Shown here: positions 44,730 through 56,949 of the stretch, piece after piece | How the letters are laid out: each line of letters starts with the position of its first letter | Position numbering within the stretch: position 1 is the stretch's first letter | Assembly (NCBI GenBank): GCA_963825865.1 | Contig: CAWGVG010000026.1 | Span: 64,001 to 128,000 of the forward strand | DNA from: an uncultured Nitrososphaeraceae archaeon | Lineage (GTDB): Archaea; Thermoproteota; Nitrososphaeria; Nitrososphaerales; Nitrososphaeraceae | Direction: 5' to 3' | DNA length: 64,000 nucleotides | Notes under the pieces: generated by a model | Database searches by the model: none | Seen by the model: only the letters and a program-made list of their open reading frames with translations | Told to the model about the DNA's origin: nothing | Position numbers and translations under genes: made by a program

Positions 44730-45010
44730 ATGTTCATAGCCCTTCATCAAGCCACCCCTCCAGTTGTCGTACTTCCTCCACCTCCTCCTCCATCCCCTCA
44801 AATTCCGCCTACATGCCAACCAATTGTCGACAATATCAAACAGCTGAAGAGCGATTTGCAGGAAATGCAGAATGAACTTAATACGCCGCCATTTCCAACT
44901 GCTGGTCAAAGATTGTAAATAGTATAAAACGAATCAACAACCAGATCGCTGAGAAGCAAAAGGAACTTGACCTATGTGTCCAGCAGACGCTCTGGAAAAC
45001 CTTCTCCGAA
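44730..45010 (+). pseudogene. Pro-linker plus Cys-flanked coiled-coil fragment
   Basis: PPPPPPSPQIPPTCQPIVDNIKQLKSDLQEMQNEL, shift, SIKRINNQIAEKQKELDLC. Confidence 0.35.
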
Positions 45011-45092
45011 CTGAACGCTGATGCCAACTTTTCTGCCTTGAACATACGGGCGAGCATTATTTCGTGCTAATTCATAATTTTATAATAATTTC

Positions 45093-45500
45093 TCATCTTT
45101 TTTCTGTAAATGGCATAACTTTATTTTCAATAACATCAATGACTTCAGATTTCAAATCAAATGAAAGCAAGAGATAGTAAAATTTGTTTTCTTCTTCTTC
45201 TCTTCCTTCTCCACCAAACCTCATTGGAACAGTTACACGAATAAGCCTTTCATACTTACCAATTGAATATTCTAGTCTACCTATTTTTGATTCAAAATCT
45301 TCCCGTGTAGCAGCACGAAGAACGGCCTGTATAGCATAATGTGAAGTCTCTTCCTTTGTCATTAAAGGCATTAGGTTTTGTCTATATTCTGTAGTAATTA
45401 TACTACCAAGGTTATTGACTATGGCTACAAACCTAATAGAACTATCTAACTGCAGTATTTTTTTGCAAAGAACAGTTAGATCCTCTTCAGTTAATGTCAT
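45093..45500 (-). CDS. Roadblock/profilin-like thaumarchaeal protein (DUF6659-like)
   Basis: LCKKILQLDSSIRFVAIVNNLG...IGRLEYSIGKYERLIRVTVP. Confidence 0.7.
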   Translation of the reverse strand: MTLTEEDLTVLCKKILQLDSSIRFVAIVNNLGSIITTEYRQNLMPLMTKEETSHYAIQAVLRAATREDFESKIGRLEYSIGKYERLIRVTVPMRFGGEGREEEENKFYYLLLSFDLKSEVIDVIENKVMPFTEKR

Positions 45501-45750
45501 AGCAATACTATAAGCGTTGTTTCTTATAACGTTAATATTTCTCCTTCAAACATATGATGGTGGTTTTATATGACCACATTATAATTTTAAGATACTAGTA
45601 AAATAAACTTTTTGCTATATCATATAGAACAGGAAAGATAATCTTTTGCATAAAAGATTGTATAAGCCCTTAAAATAATCCCTAGATATTAAAAATCATT
45701 GAGCACCAAACATTAATCTCAGAGGTCCGCAAAGTGACGTATGATAAAAA

Positions 45751-46896
45751 TTGTCTGGAACATATGAAGTATTAAACGGATATGCAACTGATAGTGGAAC
45801 GAAAAGATATATGGAATATGCAGTTCAAAGAGGAAAGCCTTCTATTCACTTTCGTCTTTTTGATGGACTATACTTATCAAGTATTGGCATGGGCACATAT
45901 CTGGGCGACCTCAGCACAGAAAATGATAAGGCTATGGAAAATGCAGTCTATGAGTCAATCAAATCTGGTGCTGTAAATGTCATAGATACAGCTATTAATT
46001 ATCGTGCTATGAAGTCAGAGAAAAGCATAGGTAGAGCATTGTTACGTTTGACAGAAGATGACATTATATCAAGAGACGAAGTTTTTATTTGTACGAAGAA
46101 TGGCTACATTACAAACGATGGCGACTATCCACGCATAGATGTAATGGAATACATGCAAAGAATGTTCATATCGACTGGGCTAATAAGGCCTGATGACATA
46201 AGCTCTGGCTATAATGTTCTCAGTCCTAACTATATTGAAAGATGTATGGACAAATCATTAACTAATATGCATCTGAATACTATAGACTTAGTATACATTC
46301 ACAATGCATTCGAAAGTTGGCATGAGGACATCAAGAGAGAGGAATTTATGCAAATGCTTAGCAGAGTCTTTGAAGTATATGAAAGATACAGGTCAAATAA
46401 CAAGATCCGCTATTATGGAATGGCAACATGGACCTGTTTTAGACTACCGCCAGATAATAAAGAATATCTATCTTTAGAAGAGGTTGTTGATCTAGCTGAA
46501 AAGGTGGGGGGCAAGCAACATGGATTTAGATTTATTCAACTCCCATATAACTTAGCTTATAGCGAAGCGTTATTACTCAAAGGTCAAAATGTAGGAACCG
46601 AAAAAAATTTGACAATACTGGAGGCTGCTGAGAGGTTAAAGATAAAATTGTTTACTAGCATTCCATTATTCCAGGGCAGATTGCTCAAAGCCCAAATTCC
46701 TGATTATATGGGCTTAACTGATCAGGTAGTGAAACTGATTCAGGTAATACGTTCTAGTCCTTCAGTTATCGCACCGCTTATAGGTTACAAGAAGCCACAA
46801 CATGTTGAACAAAACCTAAAGATTGCAAATATCCCGCCACTAAATGATGAAGAGTTTAAAGAAGTAATTCATTCCTTATTAAAAGGAAATTTATAG
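45751..46896 (+). CDS. Aldo/keto reductase
   Basis: SSIGMGTY, NVIDTAINY, SEKSIG, FICTKNG, IDLVYIHN and IQLPYN. Confidence 0.92.
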   Translation: MSGTYEVLNGYATDSGTKRYMEYAVQRGKPSIHFRLFDGLYLSSIGMGTYLGDLSTENDKAMENAVYESIKSGAVNVIDTAINYRAMKSEKSIGRALLRLTEDDIISRDEVFICTKNGYITNDGDYPRIDVMEYMQRMFISTGLIRPDDISSGYNVLSPNYIERCMDKSLTNMHLNTIDLVYIHNAFESWHEDIKREEFMQMLSRVFEVYERYRSNNKIRYYGMATWTCFRLPPDNKEYLSLEEVVDLAEKVGGKQHGFRFIQLPYNLAYSEALLLKGQNVGTEKNLTILEAAERLKIKLFTSIPLFQGRLLKAQIPDYMGLTDQVVKLIQVIRSSPSVIAPLIGYKKPQHVEQNLKIANIPPLNDEEFKEVIHSLLKGNL

Positions 46897-47306
46897 TCCA
46901 GTCTTGTCCCAATTGCCTTTTTATAGTATCCATCATTTTCTAGGCTCTCTTTCATAGCAGCTAAAGAATTTGAGAAACTGAGAAGTATGGACTTACTTTA
47001 GAAGTTTGGATCCGTTCCTTCTTGGAAGTTGGGAATTATCTTTATTGCTGCTGTAGATATACTTAATGGAGCTTGATATAGCAGGCAATATTATACTAAA
47101 ATAAAATCATTTAAATTTGTTAACGTGATTGTTTAGCTCCTTTAAGCAACCGAATTGTATAAGTCGATCTTGAGTTTAGACCTTGTTTTTCTGCATCTCT
47201 TCTTAGAGAAGATCTAATATGTCATTGAATTATAGGTTAAGTTGACATGCAAAACTACCGATAAAATGTATTATGTCCAAACGCTCCTGGAGAATATCTG
47301 TACTAA

Positions 47307-48194
47307 TTATTTTACATCTTCGTCTTCCTTTTTCTTAAATAAAAACCATTCCCTAAAATCATTGTAATCATCCTTTGCAAGACCGGCACCTAATCCAGAC
47401 AAAATGCCAGTAATGATCGGCTGTTTTTTGTACAAATTAGATAAACCAAGCAATGCACCGATTGCGCCATGATGCACCCTTCTATTAAATATGTATACTT
47501 TGGATGGATTTTCTTTTGAATTCCAAGAAGACGTTAAAATATCAGCAATTGAAGATCCTAATTGGAATGATTTGTTTTGTTGTCGATTTTGGTGGTTTTT
47601 CTTATTATTGTCTTCTATTTGATTGAGCATTTTGGATGCCGAATCTATTAATTTACTACATGTCAATACCTTTTCTTGCAAATTTTTCTTGAGTATGTTT
47701 ATTGCATCCTTTGCGTTCATTTTTTCAGCTATTTTTAATACCATTTTATATCCTAATATCTCTGCATTTTTTATCATCGCATCTTCTTTTGTTCTTAATA
47801 TCTCGCTCTCCATTACGGTAATAACATGATTGCTATTTTTATCATCATTATTATCACCTTGCAAACTTTGCAACGTAGATTTTATCTTCTTGTCATTTTC
47901 CGGGCTATTATCAGTTATATCGATTGTTTGACCAGTCGCTGAGTTTAATGAAAGTAGTTTTGCTTTTGAATCTGTTGGTTTTCCATCATATTCGGAAATT
48001 AGGTTTTTCAACTTACTTTGATGATTCTTTTCTTCCTGCAACTGCTGTTGTAATATATTCTTGGATTCAGGAAACTGAGTTTCTTGTATTCTTTTGCGTG
48101 ATCTTTCCACTATTGCATTTTCTGCTGATAGAATTTCATTTAAATATTCTATAAATTTATTTTTATCCGGTCCATCAGCCTTTGAGTTAGACAC
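47307..48194 (-). CDS. Ferritin-like (DUF892/YciF) protein with an extra C-terminal hydrophobic domain
   Basis: YLNEILSAENAI, EEKNHQ, NAEILGYK and NLQEK helices, then RRVHHGAIGALLG...GLGAGLAKDD. Confidence 0.65.
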   Translation of the reverse strand: MSNSKADGPDKNKFIEYLNEILSAENAIVERSRKRIQETQFPESKNILQQQLQEEKNHQSKLKNLISEYDGKPTDSKAKLLSLNSATGQTIDITDNSPENDKKIKSTLQSLQGDNNDDKNSNHVITVMESEILRTKEDAMIKNAEILGYKMVLKIAEKMNAKDAINILKKNLQEKVLTCSKLIDSASKMLNQIEDNNKKNHQNRQQNKSFQLGSSIADILTSSWNSKENPSKVYIFNRRVHHGAIGALLGLSNLYKKQPIITGILSGLGAGLAKDDYNDFREWFLFKKKEDEDVK

Positions 48195-48533
48195 TGGTTT
48201 AGAATAGAAAATATTTTATTTAATGATTGTATTAGGCGGTTGGCTTGCAACTGGAGTTCAGCTCATATCAGCCATTTTGCTTGAGTCTGTGCTTTATCTA
48301 ATATGGATACATCAATACGTATTCTGACTTTATACTTGAATATTATTAATAGTGATGAGGCAGGTGTATCGCTACCTTTGTCAAAATCATTGACTTTATT
48401 TTTGTATTATGATATCAATCAAATATAGCACCACTCCTATAGCAACATTGTTCAGAAACATTCATTGATGATCGACAATTTTTAGAAGTGATCATTCATC
48501 CTTGACATTCAGCTGCTTCTTTCGCTACTCATT

Positions 48534-49115
48534 TTATGTTAGAATGATTTTGTTATTATGAAGATTGAGTAAATGTTGTCTTTGGTGTTCCCTAAGTCGT
48601 ACAAAATCAGTTTTATTATAGCCACATAGTACTTTCACTTTCATGTCATATATTGACGAGGATAGTTCTGTTTCATATTTGATTAAATCGTTTATTCTAT
48701 CTAGATCAAAGAACAAACCCATATCCGAAATTACAGTTACACCAGCCTTCCCTAGCTTGTTTGCACGCCGAAGTAACATTTTCGTCATAATCATTACTCC
48801 AACAAACTTATCTGTCAAACTATAGTATCCTTTTTTTGATTCTACAACTAGAATTGAGCCTTCTTTTTTGCATTTGTCTATATTAATACCGTTATTTGTT
48901 AAGTCGTTAAGAAGATCTGCTATTGAGTGGTAATGTGGTAAAATAAGAACTATTTCATCTAATGATTCTAATGAGCTTTTGCTATAATTTGAATAAATTT
49001 GTGCCAGAGTAGTAATATCTGAGTATAAAATTAAATTGTGAGATCCAAATTTACACTGCATAATCCTTTCCAATATATGACTTTTACCTACATTTTTGAG
49101 GCTATCATTTTCCAT
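48534..49115 (-). CDS. MEDS-domain protein
   Basis: GSHNLILY, GSILVVES, GVTVISDMGLFF and VLCGY; paralogue of 1661-2305. Confidence 0.75.
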   Translation of the reverse strand: MENDSLKNVGKSHILERIMQCKFGSHNLILYSDITTLAQIYSNYSKSSLESLDEIVLILPHYHSIADLLNDLTNNGINIDKCKKEGSILVVESKKGYYSLTDKFVGVMIMTKMLLRRANKLGKAGVTVISDMGLFFDLDRINDLIKYETELSSSIYDMKVKVLCGYNKTDFVRLREHQRQHLLNLHNNKIILT

Positions 49116-49850
49116 TTTTTTACTATTATATTGTTAATTGTCAGAACAATTTAAATTTCATTAAAATTGTTGCTACTTTTCTAAAGCCATTTTATTTATC
49201 TATCTCGAACATGAGCATTACTCCACCTTCCCACTAGATTCTATTTGGTAGATGGGTGAGTTATACTCCATAGTTCGATCACTCAATTTATCAAAAAGTC
49301 TAATCCAAATGTTTTTTGGCTTGAGGAGGATGTAACATTGCTGCCAGGGCTTTGTTCTTAAGCTTCTTTCTTTATTCCCATGACAAAAAAATCAAGCAGT
49401 CTACTGAGATCATTCAGAAATATCATAACATATCATTTTTTATCATGTTCCAATTGATATTCCACTCCACATTGCTCTGAACAAAATTCATTGGAATTGC
49501 TATCATCGCCAATTTGGTCAGCACAGTTTTTACAAATCCCTTTTTTATTCATATAGTTAAGACACTAGATTTTATTATTACACCTTTCTGTTGTGACATA
49601 AAAGGCAACTATTGAAGTGTTAACTCGATGCTGACTCATTATATCTTCAGCCTTGAATCAAGTATACTGTATGTTTTAGATATATTTATCAATATTTTGT
49701 TGTATATGTAATAGTTTCTGGAATCCATAACCTTAAAAGCCAAGACCAACTAGTGTCATATCATCGCTGGACAAGACTTTAATCTTTATGTAATAAATAA
49801 TAACCAGCTTTAGTTTATAAATTATCAAAGCTAAAAGCCATTTAATCGTA

Positions 49851-50832
49851 TTGCTAATTCAACATAACATAACAAAGTCAATGGCCATAGGCTTTACAGT
49901 CGCAATCATAGCCGCTGCTCTTTTTGGTTCGGTGTCTACAATTGCTAAACCGGTATTAGCTACGGTAGATTCATTCTTACTTTCATCTTTAGTCTATCTA
50001 ATATCTGCAATGTTCTTCAGTGCAATAATAGTACTAACAAACAATACAGCATCAGCAGCAGCAGCATCATTGCAAAATTATGCCTCATTTTCTAAAAGAA
50101 GACACTACGTCTTGGTAGTAACAACTTCAATTATTGGTGGAGCGATAGCGCCAGCCATGTTCTTCTTTGGTCTCAGACAAACAACAGCATCAGATACTTC
50201 ACTTTTGGCAAATGGGGAAACTATTTTTTCTATCATAATGGCAATTCTATTTTTCAAAGAAAAGCTAAAGCCATTGGGGTATATGGCAGTACCTGATGGT
50301 CTTAGCAGGACTTGTCGTTGTCACAACAAACCTCCAAATCCATAGTTCATTATTTGGAATAAATTCTGGCAATATGCTTGTTCTTGGAGCTACCGCACTC
50401 TGGGGACTAGATAATAATATATGCAGATTTATCATTTATCGCATGGGCATTGCAAGACTTGTACAGGTAAAATCAGTTATTGGAGGTGGTACTCTCCTTA
50501 TTTTCTGGAGCATTTGTATTACACGTTCCATTAAACATTAGTGTAGCATCGATACCACAGATAGTTGTGCTTGGTGCTGTTGGCTTTGGTACGTCATTTA
50601 CTTTTTTCTAATTAGTATGAACAGAATAGGAATTGTCAGGTCGGTATTGGTATTATCATTATCTTCTGTCTTTGGGCTTGTTTTTGCGTCATCGTTGTTA
50701 GCTGAACTAATAAGTGTACACCAAATAATTGCTATTGTAGTTATGATAGCAGGAATATATTTGATTAACATAGAAAAAGGAAATGGCAAAACAAATAACA
50801 CTATTGCTTCTGTAGAAGAGAGAAATGATTAA
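49851..50832 (+). CDS. EamA/DMT-family transporter (frameshifted)
   Basis: AALFG..STIAK, APAMFFFGL, SLLANGE, LFFKEKL and LWGLDNN spread over three ORFs. Confidence 0.85.
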
Positions 50833-51163
50833 TAAGAAAAAAAAGTTGCCAACAACAAGGCATTGGGCTTCGGCGGTGGTTTTATATTACTCAAATTAGA
50901 AAAAACAGGCAAAATATAGCGATTGGGGGTGTGGAGATATTGGACCATGTTATTCTGTGCATTCGAGCACCTCATGTAAGTTGTTTTGCTTATTTAGCCT
51001 TTCCCTCTTCTAATATTGAAGGTATCACATCTAAACCTTGATCTATTGCAACTATTCTATGGGACAGATTTGACCAGATTCGCAACCCATTTTTCAGGAA
51101 ACGTATAATCTTACATCAGGATGACACGGCTTAAGAGATACTATTGATAACATCTCTATAAGT

Positions 51164-51382
51164 ATGAGAAAGCCAATATTAGTTAGGATATTAACTGTTG
51201 TTGGATGTATGCTTATAATAGCAGGAATAGTATTTGTAGCACAAAGTAATTCGGTGGTAGGTCCACAATCTTCGTTTATGTACAGCAATCCTCAGTGGAC
51301 AGTAAACGGATTTGCGATTTCTATAATAGGATTAGTTGTCTTGAATTTTGGTGTACTAATTCGTTTTATCAAAAATATATAA
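51164..51382 (+). CDS. Small two-TM membrane protein
   Basis: GIVFVAQSNSVVGPQSSFMYSNPQWTVNG between two helices. Confidence 0.7.
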   Translation: MRKPILVRILTVVGCMLIIAGIVFVAQSNSVVGPQSSFMYSNPQWTVNGFAISIIGLVVLNFGVLIRFIKNI

Positions 51383-52128
51383 CATATCTATATTGTATCT
51401 GTATAGACTGTATCCAAGGCTTTTATATGCCTAAAATCCCTACATATAACTCAGAGGTTACAGACAGCTATAGCCATAGTATACCAATTCCGATCCTTGA
51501 GGTGAAATACAGAAGAAGTAGAGATTACAAAGAAAGGTCGGACCGGAATCAGTATATATGGGTTTCTTCTCGTTAATCTCTAAATCTCTCTCGGATAGAT
51601 ATGGACACACAAAATAATAAACTTTTCAGATGATAGTTTGTTTGCATCCTTCGAAAAGTCATTTCTAAATAATGTTGCATTCGAATCTCTTACTATTTCT
51701 ATAATTAAAATTATTATTACTATCAGATGTTCTTCCTCCGGCTCCATTGTTTGATTTGTCAGTATTATCAGATTCAAAATGTATTTGTAATGCTATTGGG
51801 TGGCCATTATCAGTTACTTGTATTGTTGTGTTTGCTGATTGTGAAGAGGTAATAGAAACATTCATTAAATACTAACACCTCGGTATAAAAATGAATTAGC
51901 AGAAGAATTAGCCCATGATGCAGAAACAACTATTCCTATAATCAATAAAACTGTTCCTACGATTAAAACGTTGTAACATAACCTAATGCTACCAGATAGG
52001 TGTTGTTGTTGTTGATTGATGATTGTAAATGCTGCCTCTATATTAAGGCCATTCCTTAACAGCCAGCCAGTAAATCGCTTTTTATGCAATGTCCCGGCTG
52101 CTATCTTCCTCTTTCTAAATTACTATCG

Positions 52129-52572
52129 TCAACCGTCAATATGCGATAAGATTTTTGTCTGCATCTGAGACTTAGAAGTAGCTCCAACAAAGCCGTCCAC
52201 ATTATTGCCATTCTTGAAAATAGCTATGGTGGGTATGCTCCGTATTCCAAAAGTATTTGCAATTCTAGGATTTTCATCCACATTCACCTTTCCAAACACA
52301 ACCTTTCCGGAAAGTTCGCGTGCAAGTTGTTCTAATATCGGAGATACCATTCTGCAAGGACCACACCAAGGCGCCCAGAAATCAACTACCAATAGAGGAT
52401 ATTTATTTACAGATTCAGCAAAGTTAGCGTCTGTTACTATAATAGGAGTATCAATTACCACTACCTTAGCATTACTACTATTATTATTCCTAGCTAAATC
52501 GTTCATCTTTTTTGCCATAATATTACTTAGTTCATCATCCCAATTTTGCATGGTTTTGTTATCTCCGTACAA
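52129..52572 (-). CDS. trxA: Thioredoxin
   Basis: VVDFWAPWCGPC and RSIPT. Confidence 0.95.
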   Translation of the reverse strand: MYGDNKTMQNWDDELSNIMAKKMNDLARNNNSSNAKVVVIDTPIIVTDANFAESVNKYPLLVVDFWAPWCGPCRMVSPILEQLARELSGKVVFGKVNVDENPRIANTFGIRSIPTIAIFKNGNNVDGFVGATSKSQMQTKILSHIDG

Positions 52573-52679
52573 TACTATTTAGTTAGAAGGTTATAAACCT
52601 TATGGCTTTGTCAAAGATGTACAAAACCTATTTAAGTTGCGTTAGATCTAACATATATGTAAAGAGTCGAAATAAAAAA

Positions 52680-53075
52680 ATGTCACGGCCATCAAATTCG
52701 ATTAATATGCTGACGCAAATTGATTCTTCATGTGAAGATGTCTTTGCCTGTCTCTATAATCTATCAACATCTGAGATTAACTTACTGACTATTTTACTAA
52801 AATCTAAAGGGCCACTTACCTTAGAAGCTCTTTCAAATAAAAGTAGCAGAGACAAGGGTACCGTGTTTAGATCATTGCAAAAGCTGGTGAGCTTGGATCT
52901 TTGCACCAAAGAATCTAAAACACTGAAAGGCGGCGGATATTATCATCTTTATAACGCTGTTGACATTGATACAATTGAAAAAAATATTGAAAAGAGGATA
53001 AGAGAAATTCAAAGATCTCTAAATAGAATCATCAAAAGATTCAGAAATGATATTGAAAAAAAGATCGAAAATTGA
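52680..53075 (+). CDS. TrmB/MarR-like HTH regulator, divergent from trxA
   Basis: CEDVFACLYNLS..E, RDKGTVFRSLQKL and GGGYYHLY; likely start MSRP. Confidence 0.8.
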   Translation: MSRPSNSINMLTQIDSSCEDVFACLYNLSTSEINLLTILLKSKGPLTLEALSNKSSRDKGTVFRSLQKLVSLDLCTKESKTLKGGGYYHLYNAVDIDTIEKNIEKRIREIQRSLNRIIKRFRNDIEKKIEN

Positions 53076-53481
53076 TAACTTTGGACAATTATAAAGACTA
53101 TAATTTTTTAATAAATATCTAAAACTACAATTCAAATAACAACAATAACATAACAACGATAATCATTCCACCACACTATAAAACTTTTTTTGCTATGGTA
53201 GCCATCGTAAGCTAGATAAACAAGAATATTCTAAGCCTCATTATATCTGTTTATAACGTGGTGAATCCTTTTCAAATGAACAAATGATATCTTTTTAGAA
53301 TAATCAATAGCTCTTTGGCTGATACATTTGCATTACTATAACATTTAGCTTGTTGTAGCTACTATCTATTATATTATTATATTAATTTTCTAAATAGCAA
53401 TTGCTGTTGCTGCGAATGTTACTCCTACTACTAATGTTGATTTGATTTCGGATCACAATTTCATGATGTTGATCAGTGAAT

Positions 53482-53904
53482 TTACAGCAAGGTTGTAGAA
53501 TTTGTTTCAGACTTCAATTTATTATTATGTACTGAATTAACATACAAGAGTTGTGGATTTTCAATTATATCTTTTACAATATATCTATGGCAATTTTCAC
53601 CCTCTATTTCATAGCATAGTAACGTAATGACGAGAAATTCATTTTGTACATTTAAGTCCTCTATCCTTTCCAAACTATCTTTGTTATCTCTAATCTCTGA
53701 CATAAAGACAGTTTTAAATTCTTCCCAATTATACTTACCTTGCCGATAATTTTTAAGTAGATTACGACTTGGTGAGAGTTCCCTAATCCAACAATCAAAT
53801 TTGTCTTTCTTAACTCCCCTTGGATAATATCTTGTAACTAAAACTCTAATACCATCGTCATTCTCTTCAGCAGGTTCATATATTGACTTTGTTTTAATGA
53901 CCAA
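53482..53904 (-). CDS. DUF488 (YeaO-like) protein
   Basis: DGIRVLVTRYYPRGVKK, WIRELSPS and LLCYE...CHR. Confidence 0.88.
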   Translation of the reverse strand: MVIKTKSIYEPAEENDDGIRVLVTRYYPRGVKKDKFDCWIRELSPSRNLLKNYRQGKYNWEEFKTVFMSEIRDNKDSLERIEDLNVQNEFLVITLLCYEIEGENCHRYIVKDIIENPQLLYVNSVHNNKLKSETNSTTLL

Positions 53905-53975
53905 ATTACTATTAATTGCTGGGATTCATTATCATTAAATGATAAATAAACTTATAATGTATACTTATTCATGTA

Positions 53976-54521
53976 TCACAAGTACTGGTTTTTTACATTA
54001 TCTATTATCTTCTTAGTTGTACTTCCTAGCAGTCTTCTTACTAATGAAGTTCTACTACCTGCCATTACTATCAAATCGACATTCATATCATCAGATAGCT
54101 TAACTATTTCATCAACTGGCTTACCTGTCTGTATTTTATAGGATACTTTGCTTTTTACTCCTGCTTCTTTACATAATTTCATTTTGTCTTCTATCATACT
54201 TTTTACCTCTCCTTCTACTGTAATTTCAAAGCCTTCTTTCCTTTCTTTCTCATTATCTTTACCTTCTTTTTTAGAAGTTGCCAAAAGTGCACTAGAATCC
54301 ACATTATCAATATGCTCAACTATATGTAGGATAACAATTTCAGCACCTGATATCTTTGATAAGTAGATAGCATGGTTCAAGGCTTTATCTGCCGTTTCCG
54401 AGCCATCATGCGGCACCAATATTGTGTTATATTGGGGATTAGTATCAGAAGAAGCCTGAGGAGGAGAAGGCATACTTGAAGTTGTTATTGGATGTTCTGA
54501 TTCTGTTTTTCCTATATGCAT
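53976..54521 (-). CDS. Universal stress protein (probable frameshift at the C-terminus)
   Basis: ILVPHDGSETADKAL, GKP..EIV and DLIVMA...LLGST. Confidence 0.9.
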   Translation of the reverse strand: MHIGKTESEHPITTSSMPSPPQASSDTNPQYNTILVPHDGSETADKALNHAIYLSKISGAEIVILHIVEHIDNVDSSALLATSKKEGKDNEKERKEGFEITVEGEVKSMIEDKMKLCKEAGVKSKVSYKIQTGKPVDEIVKLSDDMNVDLIVMAGSRTSLVRRLLGSTTKKIIDNVKNQYL

Positions 54522-55319
54522 GCATAAATTAATGAGAATCTAAGTATTAATAAACCATTAAACTATAATAATACCCCTTCTTTCACTTAACGTATAAAAA
54601 TATTCTATTTGTCAATATTCCGTAAGTAAGTAAGCCTTTTTTTATTCACTCATATGGGCCTTTCTATTTAACTATCTTTTCGAAAGCTTGTCTAAATTGT
54701 TCTAATTTTTCCTTTGAATATTTTTACAGTCGTCAGTGTCTTGTTTCAGAGGCATTTTATCCTGTTCTTGGTTATAATCTAAGTATTTTATATCTGGAAT
54801 GCCTTCTGACTCTATACCTACTTTTATCTCTGGATGATGTTGATTCATAAATTCAATGGCAAAATAAGCATTTTTTAGGAAATCCTTCATTGTAATTTCT
54901 TTATGTGGTGAGGCTGCACAAGAATCAGGTGAACCTATCCATGGTCCCGCTCCTGGAACCGCCTCCCTGTAACAGAATGAATCTATATTATTCAAATGAC
55001 TTTGATATTTAGTCTTTTAGAAATTGTCTAAGCTAATGATTATTATTTAGCATAAGCAAAATTACTATACTAGATTTTGATTCGGCCCTCGTAGTTCTGA
55101 CTTTAACTTTATACAGACATCAGTGGCCTGGGTGGCTATAGCATCTATTATTATTATCAAAATTCTCAATATAAAATCTAAAATCTAAATTACTGATATA
55201 CTCAATCTTTCAAACTGCTCTTAAAATGTAAAATGCCCCGTCCACCCCGCGAGAGCACTCATCCAGCAATTGCTATTATTATAATTGAAAAAACATTTGG
55301 ATTTCAGATCAAGTAATTA

Positions 55320-55436
55320 TCAGTCGATATCCTTCAGTTTAGAATCGCTTAAACCACATTCTTTGCATTTGTAAATTACTGTCTTTTCCAATTCTTTGTC
55401 TGGTAACATTTCTGATCCACAACAGGCACATTTCAT
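55320..55436 (-). CDS. 38-aa CPxCG-type zinc-finger microprotein
   Basis: MKCACCGSEMLPDKELEKTVIYKCKECGLSDSKLKDID; TTTAAA box about 25 nt upstream; not in the ORF track. Confidence 0.7.
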   Translation of the reverse strand: MKCACCGSEMLPDKELEKTVIYKCKECGLSDSKLKDID

Positions 55437-55597
55437 TTTATACGCAAATGAATGTGGAGTTTTTAAACATAAAAACTGGATGATCATGCTCTGATATATG
55501 GTTTCTGCTACAGTATGGGCACAGTAAAATAACTCATTGAGCTCACAAGCTTAAGACCACTTGATAAGAATATATATAGACAATAAATGCGTGCCAT

Positions 55598-56216
55598 TTG
55601 TTGAGGTTCGACTAAAATAAAACAAAAGGACCGTCGAAATCATGCAAGCAAGGTCGTGAGAGAAAAGAAAATCAAAAGGCTTGTTGTAATTGGAGTCATA
55701 GGCAGCTATAGCTATAGGTATTGGTATAGTTGTAGCAACTTCAAAGGTACCATTACAAGCTAGTGCTGTACCAACAATAGATGGAATACAATGTAACCCG
55801 TCTGAAAAATTTGTTTTACATAATCATGTGCATATTGATACTTTTATCAACGGTCAACGTTATACTGTTCCATCGCAAATTGGCATTATACCTGAAAGAT
55901 GCATATATTGGCTACATACACATGACGATTCTGGAATTATACATATAGAGTCACCTGTAGTAAAGAATTACACACTGGACAGTTCTTTGATATATGGGAT
56001 AAGAAATTCAATAACTCACAAATATTTGATAATGTGGCTAATGGTAAAAATAATAATAACAATAATACGTTGAGTGTATATGTTAATGGCCAAAAAGTAA
56101 GCAACGGAGCAAATTATAGAGATATCAAGCTTAATGAACATGACCAAATTGCAATAGTTTATGGCAAGCCCCCAACTAGCATACCTACAAAATACGAATT
56201 CCCAAAGGGATTGTGA
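55598..56216 (+). CDS. Membrane-anchored His-motif protein (frameshifted)
   Basis: N-terminal TM, IDGIQC, HNHVH, CIYWLHTHDDSGIIHIES and LNEHDQIAIVYG. Confidence 0.7.
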
Positions 56217-56257
56217 TGATGATAATAATAATCTAGTTGAATTATAGCACCTGTTTA

Positions 56258-56728
56258 ATCAGCTGTGAATACTGTTTGAACGGGTTGTTCTGGTTGGAAT
56301 ACAGCTATCGTAAAGTCAGATGGGTACAGCACAATTAGGGTCTGTAGCCAAACAAACAACATTTTTTATTACTCTCAAGGTTGTTGTTGGTGTTGGCTGT
56401 GGTGTTGGTGTTTGTGGCGCTGCTGCCTTCCCTCTTGCTGTACAGGTTGCGTTTTCGCCTGGATGGGTGCATATCAGGTTTTCACATTCTTGGTTCACTG
56501 GATGTATCAAATCCACTTGCAGACCCTCTATTCTTACATTCCTCAATGGTAACCGTGTTGCCATTCTTACTATTTTCTTGTTGTTGTCCTCCTACTCCTT
56601 TCTTACTAACAGGCAGCAAATGCTAACTGCGTTGTTGCTGTTCTCGCTGCAAACGTTGCTCCTATTACTAACGTTGCAATCATAAAGATTGCGACTATTG
56701 CTGGAGTCGTTGTGTTGTTCTTATTCAT
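56258..56728 (-). pseudogene. GFDN/CTHP-family secreted protein with a P/T linker and the start of a SpaA-like domain, disrupted
   Basis: MNKNNTTTPAIVAIFMIATLVIG...LAFA; KNGNTVTIEECKNRGSASGFDT; NQECENLICTHPGENATCT; PQTPTPQPTPTTTLRVIKNVVC...SDFTIAV. Confidence 0.8.
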
Positions 56729-56748
56729 TGTAAGCAATAACAATGTTA

Positions 56749-56795
56749 TATATATTTGAAGTGAGTAAGTTAATGCTGGCTTATCTAAGATAATT
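56749..56795 (-). promoter_or_regulatory. GFDN-family promoter
   Basis: Reverse complement reads AATTATCTTAGATAAGCCAG-CAT-TAACTTACTCACTTCAAATATATA. Confidence 0.65.
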
Positions 56796-56949
56796 ATTGA
56801 CGATATGAAACAAGGTGATATTATACTACTACAAAATTATAATAAATAAAAACGATAACATCAATCTCTCTATATATCTGCTGATAAAGCTAATTACACA
56901 ATATGATACTATAATAATTCTATACAATCTAATATCTCTCTGTTGAAAG

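Noticed and set aside
55235-55268. Short GC-rich patch GCCCCGTCCACCCCGCGAGAGCACTCATCCAGC as a tRNA/SRP end or att site
   Set aside because: No TpsiC arm or recognisable RNA motif, and no second copy in the window
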